Shown: positions 31,999-40,984 of the stretch, piece by piece | How the letters are laid out: every line of letters begins with the position of its first letter | Numbering within the stretch: position 1 is the stretch's first letter | Source: a virus | Length of the DNA stretch: 64,000 bases | Reading direction: 5' to 3' (one strand) | IMG/VR virus record: IMGVR_UViG_3300030102_007626 | Span: 32,001-96,000 of that record | Notes under the pieces: model-generated | Seen by the model: the letters and a program-made list of their open reading frames with translations, nothing else | The model's database searches: none | What the model was told of the DNA's origin: nothing | Translations under genes and position numbers: made by a program

Positions 31999-32732
31999 AA
32001 GAATTTGACTTAAAAAAATACTTAGCTGAAAATAAGCTATTAGATGAAGTTAGATATTTAGAAGGTAAAGCAGTCACCCAAGATGAATTACATAACATCA
32101 TAGGTAAAAAAATGGAAGAACAGGGCTACCAAAGAGTGGGTTTTGGGAACACCAGTTACCGAGATTATGTTAAAGAAGTAAGAGATGAAGATGGAAATTT
32201 ATATTACTTTAATATATCTGTACTAGTCTCTTCAACAATTGAAACTGATTATCATGGTGAAATTACTTTTGAACTTAGAGTTGCAAGAGATAAAAAAGGT
32301 TTAAAAGCATTATTTTCTAGAGAAAAAAGAGAAATGATTAAGTCTTTAGCAACAAATAAAGATATAACAAGAGGTATAAATTTTGATGGGTCTTATAATA
32401 AAATTCGAAAAGCAGTCTTATTAAGAACTCCTTCTACAATTAAATCTTTAGAAGATAAAGCATTAAGAAAAATTAATAGAGCAGCTGATCCATTAAATTT
32501 AGAAGAACAAGAAACAGAAATCTTCAAACCTGGAATATACAGAGTACTAAAATATAGTATAGATCGTTATGAATACTATGGAGATTTTCTTGAACTTACC
32601 AGAGAAGCAACTTTAGAAGAAATACGAGCGGTTATTGGAAAAGAAATGGGTCTACCAGAAAGTGCTTATTGGGTAATCGACTTGGGTGATACTGTATCAA
32701 AAAATGACTTACCAACAATATATAAATTATAA
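31995..32732 (+). CDS. Leader-bearing hypothetical protein
   Basis: MKEFDLKKYLAENKLLDE. Confidence 0.65.
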   Translation: MKEFDLKKYLAENKLLDEVRYLEGKAVTQDELHNIIGKKMEEQGYQRVGFGNTSYRDYVKEVRDEDGNLYYFNISVLVSSTIETDYHGEITFELRVARDKKGLKALFSREKREMIKSLATNKDITRGINFDGSYNKIRKAVLLRTPSTIKSLEDKALRKINRAADPLNLEEQETEIFKPGIYRVLKYSIDRYEYYGDFLELTREATLEEIRAVIGKEMGLPESAYWVIDLGDTVSKNDLPTIYKL

Positions 32733-32791
32733 GTTTAATTAAAATGAAAGAATTTGACTTAAAAAAATACTTAGCTGAAAACAAGCTATTA
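31995..32791 (+). repeat. 48-nt direct repeat (31995-32042 and 32744-32791) encoding the leader
   Basis: 47/48 identical by eye. Confidence 0.85.
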
Positions 32792-33334
32792 AACGAACAA
32801 TCTAAAAACCACCCACTAACAGATTTATTAAAAATCCATTTTCAAGTAGCATATGAAAAGGGATTAGAAGCACAACCTGAAGATGATTATGATTCTTTTG
32901 ATGAAAAATATTGGAAAAATAATGCATTTGAAATTGATACTACAATAAGAAGATTCCAACAAAAATCAGATGATGATTTACGCGATACTTACAATCAATA
33001 TGGCTCTTTTAAAGAAGAAGTTAATGAAGGGTATGAACAAGAACAATCTAAACTAACCTCATCACTAATGAGGTGGATTCAGTATTCTATGGATAACGGG
33101 GATAGTAAAGAAGAAGTACTTGCTACACTAGAGAGGCTTGGAGAAAGAATTATAAATAAACTTCCTTTAGCTGAAAATAAACTATTAAATGAATCAATTG
33201 AACTTACTCCTATAGAGAGAAGAAAATTAATTTATTTTCTAGAAATGAAGGTTGAAGAAATGCAAAATAAGGGGGATAATTTCTTTTCTGATGAGATAGG
33301 AATTTTTAACAGTATTTTAAATAAAATAAGATGA
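32744..33334 (+). CDS. Leader-bearing hypothetical protein with an internal leader copy
   Basis: MKEFDLKKYLAENKLLNE; internal LAENKLLNE. Confidence 0.65.
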   Translation: MKEFDLKKYLAENKLLNEQSKNHPLTDLLKIHFQVAYEKGLEAQPEDDYDSFDEKYWKNNAFEIDTTIRRFQQKSDDDLRDTYNQYGSFKEEVNEGYEQEQSKLTSSLMRWIQYSMDNGDSKEEVLATLERLGERIINKLPLAENKLLNESIELTPIERRKLIYFLEMKVEEMQNKGDNFFSDEIGIFNSILNKIR

Positions 33335-33537
33335 AACACTCACAACTAAAACAACTTATTAAAGAAGAAATACGTAGCGCAATTAATGAAAATGGTGGTT
33401 GGGACTATGACTTAATGGAACAGATAGTAGAGGATGTTGAACAATTAGATAGTGAAATTGGAAAATATGATGATGATTACATTTTATATACGATTAATAG
33501 TATTATAGATCAACTAAATAAATTAAAAAATAAATAA
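33331..33537 (+). CDS. Leader-bearing small protein
   Basis: MKHSQLKQLIKEEIRSAINE. Confidence 0.6.
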   Translation: MKHSQLKQLIKEEIRSAINENGGWDYDLMEQIVEDVEQLDSEIGKYDDDYILYTINSIIDQLNKLKNK

Positions 33538-33540
33538 AAC

Positions 33541-33570
33541 TTGCCTATTGGTAAAAGTTTTTGTATAATT
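33541..33570 (+). promoter_or_regulatory. Promoter (TTGC-N19-TATAAT)
   Basis: Conserved spacing. Confidence 0.55.
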
Positions 33571-33588
33571 AAGTTATAAAAATAAGTT

Positions 33589-34512
33589 ATGAAAGACAAC
33601 ACTTTGTTGGTTGAAAAATACCGTCCTACTGTTTTACAAGATTATGTAGGAAATGAACAAGTTAAAGAGACAATTCAAAAATATCTTGACCAAAACGACA
33701 TCCAAAACTTTATATTCTATGGACCTGCTGGAACTGGTAAAACAACACTAGCTAAACTTATAGTTAAAAATCTAGATTGTGATTACCTTTACATTAATGC
33801 AAGTGATGAAAATGGAATTGATACAATCAGAGAAAAAGTAAAAGGATTTGCTTCTGCTGCTTCTTGGAATGGTATAAAAGTAGTTATTTTAGATGAAGCA
33901 GATTTTATCACTATAAATGGACAAGCAGCACTTAGAAATGTAATTGAAACATTTTCTCGTTCAACTCGCTTTATATTAACGTGTAATTTTATTGAGAGAA
34001 TAATTGATCCAATACAATCACGTTGTCAAGTACTTAAAATTCGACCACCATCCAAACTTACTATAGCACACCATTTAGCAGATATAATGGGGAAAGAAAA
34101 TATTTCACATGATGTTAAAGAAGTAGCTACTATAGTAAATAAAAACTATCCTGATGTTAGAAAAATGTTGAATACAATTCAACTATCTACTGTTGATGGA
34201 GGACAAAATGATTTATACCTTAAAATAGATGAATCAGTTCTAGCTTCAAACAACTATACTAAAGAGGTACTAAAAGAACTTACCCAAACAAAAAATTGGA
34301 TTAAAATAAGACAAATTATAGCAGATAGTGGTGTAAAAGACTTTGAAGAATTATACCGCTTACTCTTTGAACATATTTCAGTATATGCTAAAGATAAGGA
34401 AGGATCAGTAACTATAATACTAAATGAACATCTTTTTCAAGCAAATTTCCGAATTGATAAAGAGATTAATATAATGTCGGCAATAGCCAAAATAATAGAA
34501 ACAATTAAATAA
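33589..34512 (+). CDS. Clamp loader AAA+ subunit (RFC/gp44-like)
   Basis: VEKYRP, GPAGTGKT, INASDE, ILDEAD, QSRC. Confidence 0.92.
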   Translation: MKDNTLLVEKYRPTVLQDYVGNEQVKETIQKYLDQNDIQNFIFYGPAGTGKTTLAKLIVKNLDCDYLYINASDENGIDTIREKVKGFASAASWNGIKVVILDEADFITINGQAALRNVIETFSRSTRFILTCNFIERIIDPIQSRCQVLKIRPPSKLTIAHHLADIMGKENISHDVKEVATIVNKNYPDVRKMLNTIQLSTVDGGQNDLYLKIDESVLASNNYTKEVLKELTQTKNWIKIRQIIADSGVKDFEELYRLLFEHISVYAKDKEGSVTIILNEHLFQANFRIDKEINIMSAIAKIIETIK

Positions 34513-34522
34513 ATAATAAATA

Positions 34523-34777
34523 ATGCAAAATCAAGCACCCCCACAACAACCAAACATTGACCTAACAAACACTACAGCAGTAGAAGGATTCGATGGAGGT
34601 AAATTATTTGGACAAGCGGTAGTAATCCGTAAAGTATCTAAATTTGTAACAGGAACAGATGAAGATATGCTTATGCCTATTCCTGTATTTTATGATCTAG
34701 AATCAAAGAAAATTCTAAAAGATTCTATTCCACCTGAAATTAGGGAAGAATATAAAGATATGACTATTGAAGACTAA
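34523..34777 (+). CDS. Hypothetical protein
   Basis: 84 aa within the operon. Confidence 0.6.
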   Translation: MQNQAPPQQPNIDLTNTTAVEGFDGGKLFGQAVVIRKVSKFVTGTDEDMLMPIPVFYDLESKKILKDSIPPEIREEYKDMTIED

Positions 34778-35201
34778 AAAGCAAATAAAAAATATATGGG
34801 GGTGGTTAAACGAAATCACCCTATATAAAACACCTGCTGATTGTTTTACTGATGAATCATGGGATTGTTTTAATTCCTATATGATTCATCGGTTTGTATC
34901 TATGAATATAAATTACGTTGAGTTGACTAATTATGTTCAAACTATACCTTATGATAATAAAATACAGACCTATAATATTTATAGAGAAATGATCCCAAAA
35001 AAGAAGGTTTTTTTAAAGTATATAAAAAGTAAGAAAAAATCCCCTAATCCACAACTTGTAGAAATTTTAAGTGACTATTTTCAATGTGGTAAATTTACAG
35101 CTGCTAGATATTTAGAGGTAATGAAGAAAAAAGAAACATTAAATATACTTTCTACTATGGGTATTGATGAAAAAGAATCTAAAAAGTTATTAAAAGCATG
35201 A
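34767..35201 (+). CDS. Putative clamp loader small subunit (gp62-like)
   Basis: FNSYMIHRFVSM, IPKKKVFLKYIK; near the gp44-like gene; start codon uncertain. Confidence 0.55.
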   Translation: MKTKKQIKNIWGWLNEITLYKTPADCFTDESWDCFNSYMIHRFVSMNINYVELTNYVQTIPYDNKIQTYNIYREMIPKKKVFLKYIKSKKKSPNPQLVEILSDYFQCGKFTAARYLEVMKKKETLNILSTMGIDEKESKKLLKA

Positions 35202-35446
35202 CAAAAAATAGAGAAATATGGGGGACACCCACACCATATCAAACTCGTACAATTGAACAAACAGATTCAGTAGTTGATTCAATTATTGATCAATTTGTTG
35301 AAAGAGCCAAATTCGGCAAAGAAAAATATAATACAGATTTAGATAGAGAAGATTTAGGTTTATTAGATTGGATAGAGCATGCTAAACAAGAACATATGGA
35401 TGCTATACTTTATCTTGAAAAAATTGAAAGAACAATAAAGGGTTAA
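35198..35446 (+). CDS. Small all-alpha NTP pyrophosphohydrolase-like protein
   Basis: RAKFGKEKYNTDL...HAKQEHMDAILYLEK. Confidence 0.45.
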   Translation: MTKNREIWGTPTPYQTRTIEQTDSVVDSIIDQFVERAKFGKEKYNTDLDREDLGLLDWIEHAKQEHMDAILYLEKIERTIKG

Positions 35447-35455
35447 TATTTATAA
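35446..35455 (+). promoter_or_regulatory. Putative late-promoter motif ATATTTATAA
   Basis: 15 nt before a leader-bearing gene. Confidence 0.55.
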
Positions 35456-35469
35456 TAAAATATCATAAA

Positions 35470-36627
35470 ATGTCAGATGAATTAAAACGAATGCAAGAAT
35501 TAGCAGGAGTATCTATTAACGAAGTTGCAGATTTTGGATCAGAAGGATTTAAATGGATTGATTCACACTCCGCACCTTATTTTCCTGCATATCAAGGATT
35601 TAATAATGTATCAGATATTCCTAATAAAATTAGGGCATATTGGGATGAAATTAAAAGAGAACCAAAACAATATGATAAAAGAGATTGGGGTTTTTATATA
35701 GGAGATACTATACCTACCTATTTTAAAAATGCTTATATGATGCTAGCAAATCAAATATCTTCTCCTGAAAGAAGAGAATATCTTTTAAAAGGCCCTACAG
35801 ACCCATATCAAGAAGAACAAATTAAAAAAGCGAGTAATGGTAAAATTGGAGATGGAAAAAAAGCATTTGATTTTCTTAAATCTATTCCTGATAACTATTC
35901 TTTTAATAATGACAGTAAATTCAATTCTAAATATTTAGGAAATGATTCTAGATTTGCAGCAATTAATAGTTCATTTCAAAAACTATTCAATGAATATGCT
36001 TCGGGACCAAGTTATCTTTTAACCCCTATGATAATTCCTTATATAATGCAACAATTTAATGATATAATTTGGGATAATAGATCAGGTGTAAAAGCTAGTT
36101 TTGATAGAAGAGAAAAAATGAAACAAGATGATACCGTTCCTAGATTAGAAGAAAATAAAATAAATAAAATGAACACAGAATTAAAACGAATGCAAGAACT
36201 AGCAGGAGTACCTGTTAATGAAGAAAAAGAATCACTTAATGAACACCAAATTGGTGGTGTTGTAGGAATTGGAGCAATTCATACTCCTAAAAAAGAAAAA
36301 TCAGATTATGAAATGGCTTTTGAGCATTTTATGAATGAAGAAATGGATCCAATTACGGGAACAGATATAGATAATATTGAAATTTCTTCACCACCTGATT
36401 TTGGAGATGATGAAATTACAGGAACTTCACTTGAAGAAGAAGAAGCTGTTGAGGTAGAAAAATTAAAAAATTATTTAGAAGGAATGGGTAAAAGTGCTTT
36501 ATCCCAAATAAACAAAAAAGAAGAACTTAAAAATGTATTTATAGCTATAAAAAATGGAATGGGTAAAAATTTACAAAAAGATCCAGCTGTTATTAAAGGA
36601 TTTGAATTAATAATGGCTAGATTATAA
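35470..36627 (+). CDS. Hypothetical protein with two ELKRMQELAGV modules
   Basis: Motif at the N-terminus and again after the internal Met at 36169. Confidence 0.7.
   Translation: MSDELKRMQELAGVSINEVADFGSEGFKWIDSHSAPYFPAYQGFNNVSDIPNKIRAYWDEIKREPKQYDKRDWGFYIGDTIPTYFKNAYMMLANQISSPERREYLLKGPTDPYQEEQIKKASNGKIGDGKKAFDFLKSIPDNYSFNNDSKFNSKYLGNDSRFAAINSSFQKLFNEYASGPSYLLTPMIIPYIMQQFNDIIWDNRSGVKASFDRREKMKQDDTVPRLEENKINKMNTELKRMQELAGVPVNEEKESLNEHQIGGVVGIGAIHTPKKEKSDYEMAFEHFMNEEMDPITGTDIDNIEISSPPDFGDDEITGTSLEEEEAVEVEKLKNYLEGMGKSALSQINKKEELKNVFIAIKNGMGKNLQKDPAVIKGFELIMARL
35479..36210 (+). repeat. 33-nt direct repeat (35479-35511 and 36178-36210)
   Basis: GAATTAAAACGAATGCAAGAA(T/C)TAGCAGGAGTA, 32/33 identical. 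Confidence 0.85.
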
Positions 36628-36639
36628 TAATTTTTCCTA

Positions 36640-36876
36640 ATGAGAAACCCAAAAGACATAGTTAAATTAGACGTTCCTTTACTTCTTCGTATACTAGAAT
36701 TTGCTAAAGAAGATGCTGCATCTGATGATGAACTTCATAAAATAGCAAGTAACATAGTTGAATTAAGTAGGATTGGAGGTACATTAGGAATGATGGATTA
36801 TGAAGCTATAATGGGTAGTGAAGAGCAATTAGCTGAAAGAAAATTAATGATGGTGAGAGCCGGAATTTTAAAATAA
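36640..36876 (+). CDS. Small protein with C-terminal LMMVRAGILK
   Basis: Tail resembles the RMQELAG and LMQKRAGL motifs. Confidence 0.65.
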   Translation: MRNPKDIVKLDVPLLLRILEFAKEDAASDDELHKIASNIVELSRIGGTLGMMDYEAIMGSEEQLAERKLMMVRAGILK

Positions 36877-36877
36877 A

Positions 36878-36946
36878 ATGAAAGATTGTAATTGCCAAAC
36901 ATGTAAATGTGTAGATAGTTGCAGCTGTAGTTGCTGTGATTGTTAA
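36878..36946 (+). CDS. Metallothionein-like 22-aa peptide (MKDCNCQTCKCVDSCSCSCCDC)
   Basis: Hand-translated; 9 Cys in CxC/CC patterns; 1 nt after the previous stop; followed by a terminator. Confidence 0.7.
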   Translation: MKDCNCQTCKCVDSCSCSCCDC

Positions 36947-36958
36947 AAGAAAATAATT

Positions 36959-36984
36959 AAGCTTGGCCTAGCCAAGCTTTTTTT
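36959..36984 (+). terminator. Intrinsic terminator overlapping the next promoter
   Basis: AAGCTTGGC-CTA-GCCAAGCTT plus T tract; TTGG at 36963 and TATCAT at 36986. Confidence 0.75.
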
Positions 36985-36997
36985 GTATCATATAGTT

Positions 36998-37933
36998 ATG
37001 TCAAAAAAGAAACCCTCTATTCTTAAAGAGATTAGAGAAAAACAATTGCCTGAGATAAATTTTGCTTATCAAAAGGCAATTTCTTATTCTCAACTGTCTA
37101 TGTTTAATGAATGTCCTAAAAAATGGTCATTACAATATAGAGAAGGTCATAAACAGTTTACCTCAAGTATTCATACCGTATTTGGAACTGCTTTACACGA
37201 AGTTTTACAACATTACCTTACAGTAATGTATGATAAAAGTTATGCTGAAGCAGATAAGATAAATACTTCTGAAATGCTAGAAGATAAACTTAGAGAAGAA
37301 TATACAAAGCAATATAAAGCAAATGATAAACAACATTTTTCATCCCCTGAAGAATTAAGAGAATTTTATGAAGATGGGGTTGAAATTATTAGAGAATTTG
37401 CTAAACGAAAGAAAAAATATTTTTCAAAACGTGGTTGGCATTTAGTTGGATGTGAAGTACCTATTAAAGTTACACCTCATAAGTACAAACCTAACTTATT
37501 GTTACAGGGCTATTTAGATGTTGTGATGTATCATGAACCTTCCCAAACATTTAAAATAATAGATATTAAAACAAGTAAATCTGGTTGGAATAAAACAATG
37601 AAATCAGATGAAAATAAACAACTTCAATTAGTGTTGTATAAAAAATATTTTGCTGAATTATATAACGTCCCTGTTGAAAAAATAGAGGTAGAGTTTTTTA
37701 TTGTTAAACGTAAACTGTATAAAAGCAAAGAATTTATAATTAGAAGAATTCAAACATTTACTCCCCCTTCTGGTAAAGTAAAAATGAATAGAGTAACAAA
37801 ATCTTTAAATAATTTTATAAACGGGGCATTTGGTCAAGATGGGTATTTAGATAAAGATCATCAACCTACTCCACATAAAAACTGTCATTGGTGTCCTTTT
37901 AATAAAACTCATCTATGTTCTGCGACTTTCTAA
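36998..37933 (+). CDS. PD-(D/E)XK exonuclease (Cas4/AddB-like)
   Basis: SYSQL..ECP, GTALH, GYLDVV, IIDIKT, QLVLY, CHWCPF...C. Confidence 0.85.
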   Translation: MSKKKPSILKEIREKQLPEINFAYQKAISYSQLSMFNECPKKWSLQYREGHKQFTSSIHTVFGTALHEVLQHYLTVMYDKSYAEADKINTSEMLEDKLREEYTKQYKANDKQHFSSPEELREFYEDGVEIIREFAKRKKKYFSKRGWHLVGCEVPIKVTPHKYKPNLLLQGYLDVVMYHEPSQTFKIIDIKTSKSGWNKTMKSDENKQLQLVLYKKYFAELYNVPVEKIEVEFFIVKRKLYKSKEFIIRRIQTFTPPSGKVKMNRVTKSLNNFINGAFGQDGYLDKDHQPTPHKNCHWCPFNKTHLCSATF

Positions 37934-37976
37934 AATACTCATATATGTATATCTAACAATATTAAAATAAAAGTAT

Positions 37977-38165
37977 ATGCCTAAAGATCAACAACTAACA
38001 AGTGTTAAAATTAATAAAACACTTTTTGAAGAATTTAAAGTAGAATGTATTAAAAGAAAATTTTCATTTCAAAAACTATCAGAAAGAGCAATTCATCTTT
38101 ATCTGACAGAAGAAGAATTTAGAAAACAAGTTCATAACCATACTAATTTAAGTTTGGAAAAATAA
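37977..38165 (+). CDS. Small ribbon-helix-helix-like DNA-binding protein
   Basis: LTSVKI..LFEEFK....KFSFQKL; ATATGTAT motif upstream at 37943. Confidence 0.5.
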   Translation: MPKDQQLTSVKINKTLFEEFKVECIKRKFSFQKLSERAIHLYLTEEEFRKQVHNHTNLSLEK

Positions 38166-38200
38166 ATTAAAAGTTTTATATTTAAAAAATAAAAAGTTAT

Positions 38201-39709
38201 ATGCAAAATACACCTAAATTAAAATTACCTAAACTTAAAAAAGTAGGTGATAAGTTACCACAATTTGATGTTTCTAAAAAATTTAAATATCTTCCTAAAA
38301 ATAAAAGGAAAAAAATCTTATTAATTTGTGATGATATTAGAGTCCATTCAGGAGTTGCAACAGTTGCTCGTGAAATAGTAATTAATACTTGTCAACATTT
38401 TAATTGGGTACAAGTAGCAGGAGCTATTAAACACCCTGAACAAGGGAAAAAATTTGATTTATCTCAGGATGCTAACACAAACGCTAAAATTAATGACTCT
38501 TCAGTTATACTTTATCCTGTTGATGGATATGGAAATGCAGATTTAGTTAGACAGTTTATTACTATAGAAAAACCTGATGCTGTAATGATTTTTACAGACC
38601 CTAGATATTTTGAATGGTTGTTTATGATTGAAAATGAAATTAGAAAGCAAATTCCTATTATTTATTTAAATATTTGGGATGATTATCCAACCCCACTCTA
38701 TAATAAGTCTTTTTATGAATCATGTGATGCACTTTTAGCTATTTCTAAACAAACAAAACTTATAAATGAGCTTGTTTTAGGAGATAAAGCAAAAAATAAA
38801 GTAATTGAATATGTACCACATGGTTTAAACCATAATATTTATTATCCTCTTGAAAGTGAAAATGATTTAAAAGAATTTGAACAATTTAAAAATCAAGTTT
38901 TTGGAGGTAAAGAAAAAGATTTTATATTATTTTTTAACTCTAGAAACATTAGAAGAAAACAAATTCCTGATACGATGCTTGCTTTTAAGTATTTTTTGGA
39001 TAAATTACCTAAAGAAAAAGCAAATAAATGCAGTTTAATTTTACATACTGAAGTTATAAGTGAAGCTGGTACTAATTTAGAAGAAGTAAGAAAAATTCTA
39101 TTTAAAGATTACCCTGAAGCAATTTTATTTTCCCAAAATAAATTAGGAAATAAAGAATTAAATTTTATGTATAATTTAGCAGATGCTCAAATTTTACTAA
39201 CTTCAAATGAAGGTTGGGGATTAACCATAACAGAAGCTATACTAGCAGGTACTCCAATTATAGCTAATGTAACTGGTGGAATGCAAGACCAAATGGGATT
39301 TGAAGATGAAGATGGTAATTGGTATGACCCAACTCCTAAAGTACCTTCAAACCATACAGGAAGATATACTAAACATGGAAACTGGGCATTTCCAGTATAC
39401 CCAACAAATAGATCTTTACAAGGTTCTCCCAAAACTCCTTATATTTGGGATGATAGATGCAACCCTGAGGATGCAACTGAACAAATTGTACAGTTATATG
39501 AAATGGGGAGAGAAGAAAGAAAACGTAGGGGTAAAGAAGGTAGAAAATGGGCTATAGAAAAAGTAGGATTTACTAGTGAAGCTATGGCAGAACGCGTAAT
39601 TAATGCGGTAGATAAACTCTTTAATACGTGGATTCCACGTGAAAAATATGAGTTAATCAATGTAAATGAAGTAAAAGAAGACACAATCAATCACGAATTA
39701 TTATATTAA
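38201..39709 (+). CDS. Glycosyltransferase (GT-B, GT4-like)
   Basis: SGVATVAREI, YVPHG, SRNIRRK, SNEGWGLTITEA. Confidence 0.85.
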   Translation: MQNTPKLKLPKLKKVGDKLPQFDVSKKFKYLPKNKRKKILLICDDIRVHSGVATVAREIVINTCQHFNWVQVAGAIKHPEQGKKFDLSQDANTNAKINDSSVILYPVDGYGNADLVRQFITIEKPDAVMIFTDPRYFEWLFMIENEIRKQIPIIYLNIWDDYPTPLYNKSFYESCDALLAISKQTKLINELVLGDKAKNKVIEYVPHGLNHNIYYPLESENDLKEFEQFKNQVFGGKEKDFILFFNSRNIRRKQIPDTMLAFKYFLDKLPKEKANKCSLILHTEVISEAGTNLEEVRKILFKDYPEAILFSQNKLGNKELNFMYNLADAQILLTSNEGWGLTITEAILAGTPIIANVTGGMQDQMGFEDEDGNWYDPTPKVPSNHTGRYTKHGNWAFPVYPTNRSLQGSPKTPYIWDDRCNPEDATEQIVQLYEMGREERKRRGKEGRKWAIEKVGFTSEAMAERVINAVDKLFNTWIPREKYELINVNEVKEDTINHELLY

Positions 39710-40976
39710 AAAGTTATGAACAAACCAGTATTTGTAATAAGTTGTCCTATTGATACTTACTCTGGATATGGAGCAAGGTCAAGAGATATAGTTAAAGCAA
39801 TTATAGAATTAGAAAAATATGATGTAAAAATCTTATCTCAAAAATGGGGAAATACTCCTTTTGGGTTTATTAAAGATAACCCTGAATGGGGATTTTTAGT
39901 TCCCTTAATTTTACAACAACCCCAACTCCCCTCTCAACCAGAAGTTTGGGCTCAAATTACAGTTCCAAATGAATTTCAAAAAGTGGGTAAATACAATATT
40001 GGAATTACAGCAGGCATTGAAACAACAATAGCACCCGCTGAATGGGTTGAAGGTTGTAAAAGAATGGATTTAGTTTTAGGTTCTTCTAAACACACTATTG
40101 ATGTTTTAAAAAATAGTAAATTTGAAAAAAGAGATAAACAGACTAACCAACAAGTAGGGATTATAGAATGGAAAGGAGATAGTGAGATAATGTTTGAAGG
40201 AGCTGATACTGAAGTGTACAAGCCCCTTACATCAACATTTGATTTATCTAATGTAAAAGAATCATTTGCTTATTTATTTGTAGGGCATTGGATGCAAGGA
40301 GATTTAGGTGAAGATAGAAAAAATGTAGGACTATTAATAAAAGCGTTTTTTGAAACTTTTAAAAATAAATCTAAAAAACCTGCCCTTATTTTAAAAACCT
40401 CTCAAGTTGGATCATCTTATATGGATAGGGATGCTATAATTAAAAAAATCCAAATGATTAAAGCTACTTGTAAATCTAAAAATTTACCTAATGTATATTT
40501 ACTTCACGGTGAATTTACTAATAAAGAAATGAATGAAATTTATAATCATTCTAAAATTAAAGCAATGGTTAATTTAACTAAAGGAGAAGGATTTGGTAGA
40601 CCATTACTTGAATTTTCTTTAACAAACAAACCACTTCTAACAACAAATTGGAGTGGGCATATAGACTACCTAAACCCAGAGTTTACAACACTACTTTCTG
40701 GTAGTTTAAAAGAAGTACACCCTTCAGCTGCAAATAATATGTTACTAAAAGAAGCACAATGGTTTAATGTTGATACAGGTCAAGTAGGACACTATTTAAA
40801 AGATATATTTGAAAATTATAAAAAATATAAAGATTTAGCTAAACGACAAGGTTATTATAGCAGAACAAATTTTTCATTTGAAAAGATGAAAGAAAAATTA
40901 GGTAAAGTACTTGAAGAAAAAACAGCTAAAATTCCTAAACAGGTAGAATTAAAATTACCTAAACTTAAAAAAGTAG
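38217..40976 (+). repeat. 30-nt perfect direct repeat (38217-38246 and 40947-40976) encoding LKLPKLKKV
   Basis: AATTAAAATTACCTAAACTTAAAAAAGTAG occurs twice. Confidence 0.85.
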
Positions 40977-40984
40977 AAGCATGA
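39716..40984 (+). CDS. Glycosyltransferase (GT-B, GT4-like)
   Basis: SGYGARSR, DRKNVG, KGEGFGRPLLE. Confidence 0.85.
   Translation: MNKPVFVISCPIDTYSGYGARSRDIVKAIIELEKYDVKILSQKWGNTPFGFIKDNPEWGFLVPLILQQPQLPSQPEVWAQITVPNEFQKVGKYNIGITAGIETTIAPAEWVEGCKRMDLVLGSSKHTIDVLKNSKFEKRDKQTNQQVGIIEWKGDSEIMFEGADTEVYKPLTSTFDLSNVKESFAYLFVGHWMQGDLGEDRKNVGLLIKAFFETFKNKSKKPALILKTSQVGSSYMDRDAIIKKIQMIKATCKSKNLPNVYLLHGEFTNKEMNEIYNHSKIKAMVNLTKGEGFGRPLLEFSLTNKPLLTTNWSGHIDYLNPEFTTLLSGSLKEVHPSAANNMLLKEAQWFNVDTGQVGHYLKDIFENYKKYKDLAKRQGYYSRTNFSFEKMKEKLGKVLEEKTAKIPKQVELKLPKLKKVEA

Noticed and set aside
36998-37933. CRISPR-Cas system suggested by the Cas4-like nuclease
   Set aside because: No repeat-spacer array or other cas genes; stand-alone PD-(D/E)XK nucleases are common in phages.
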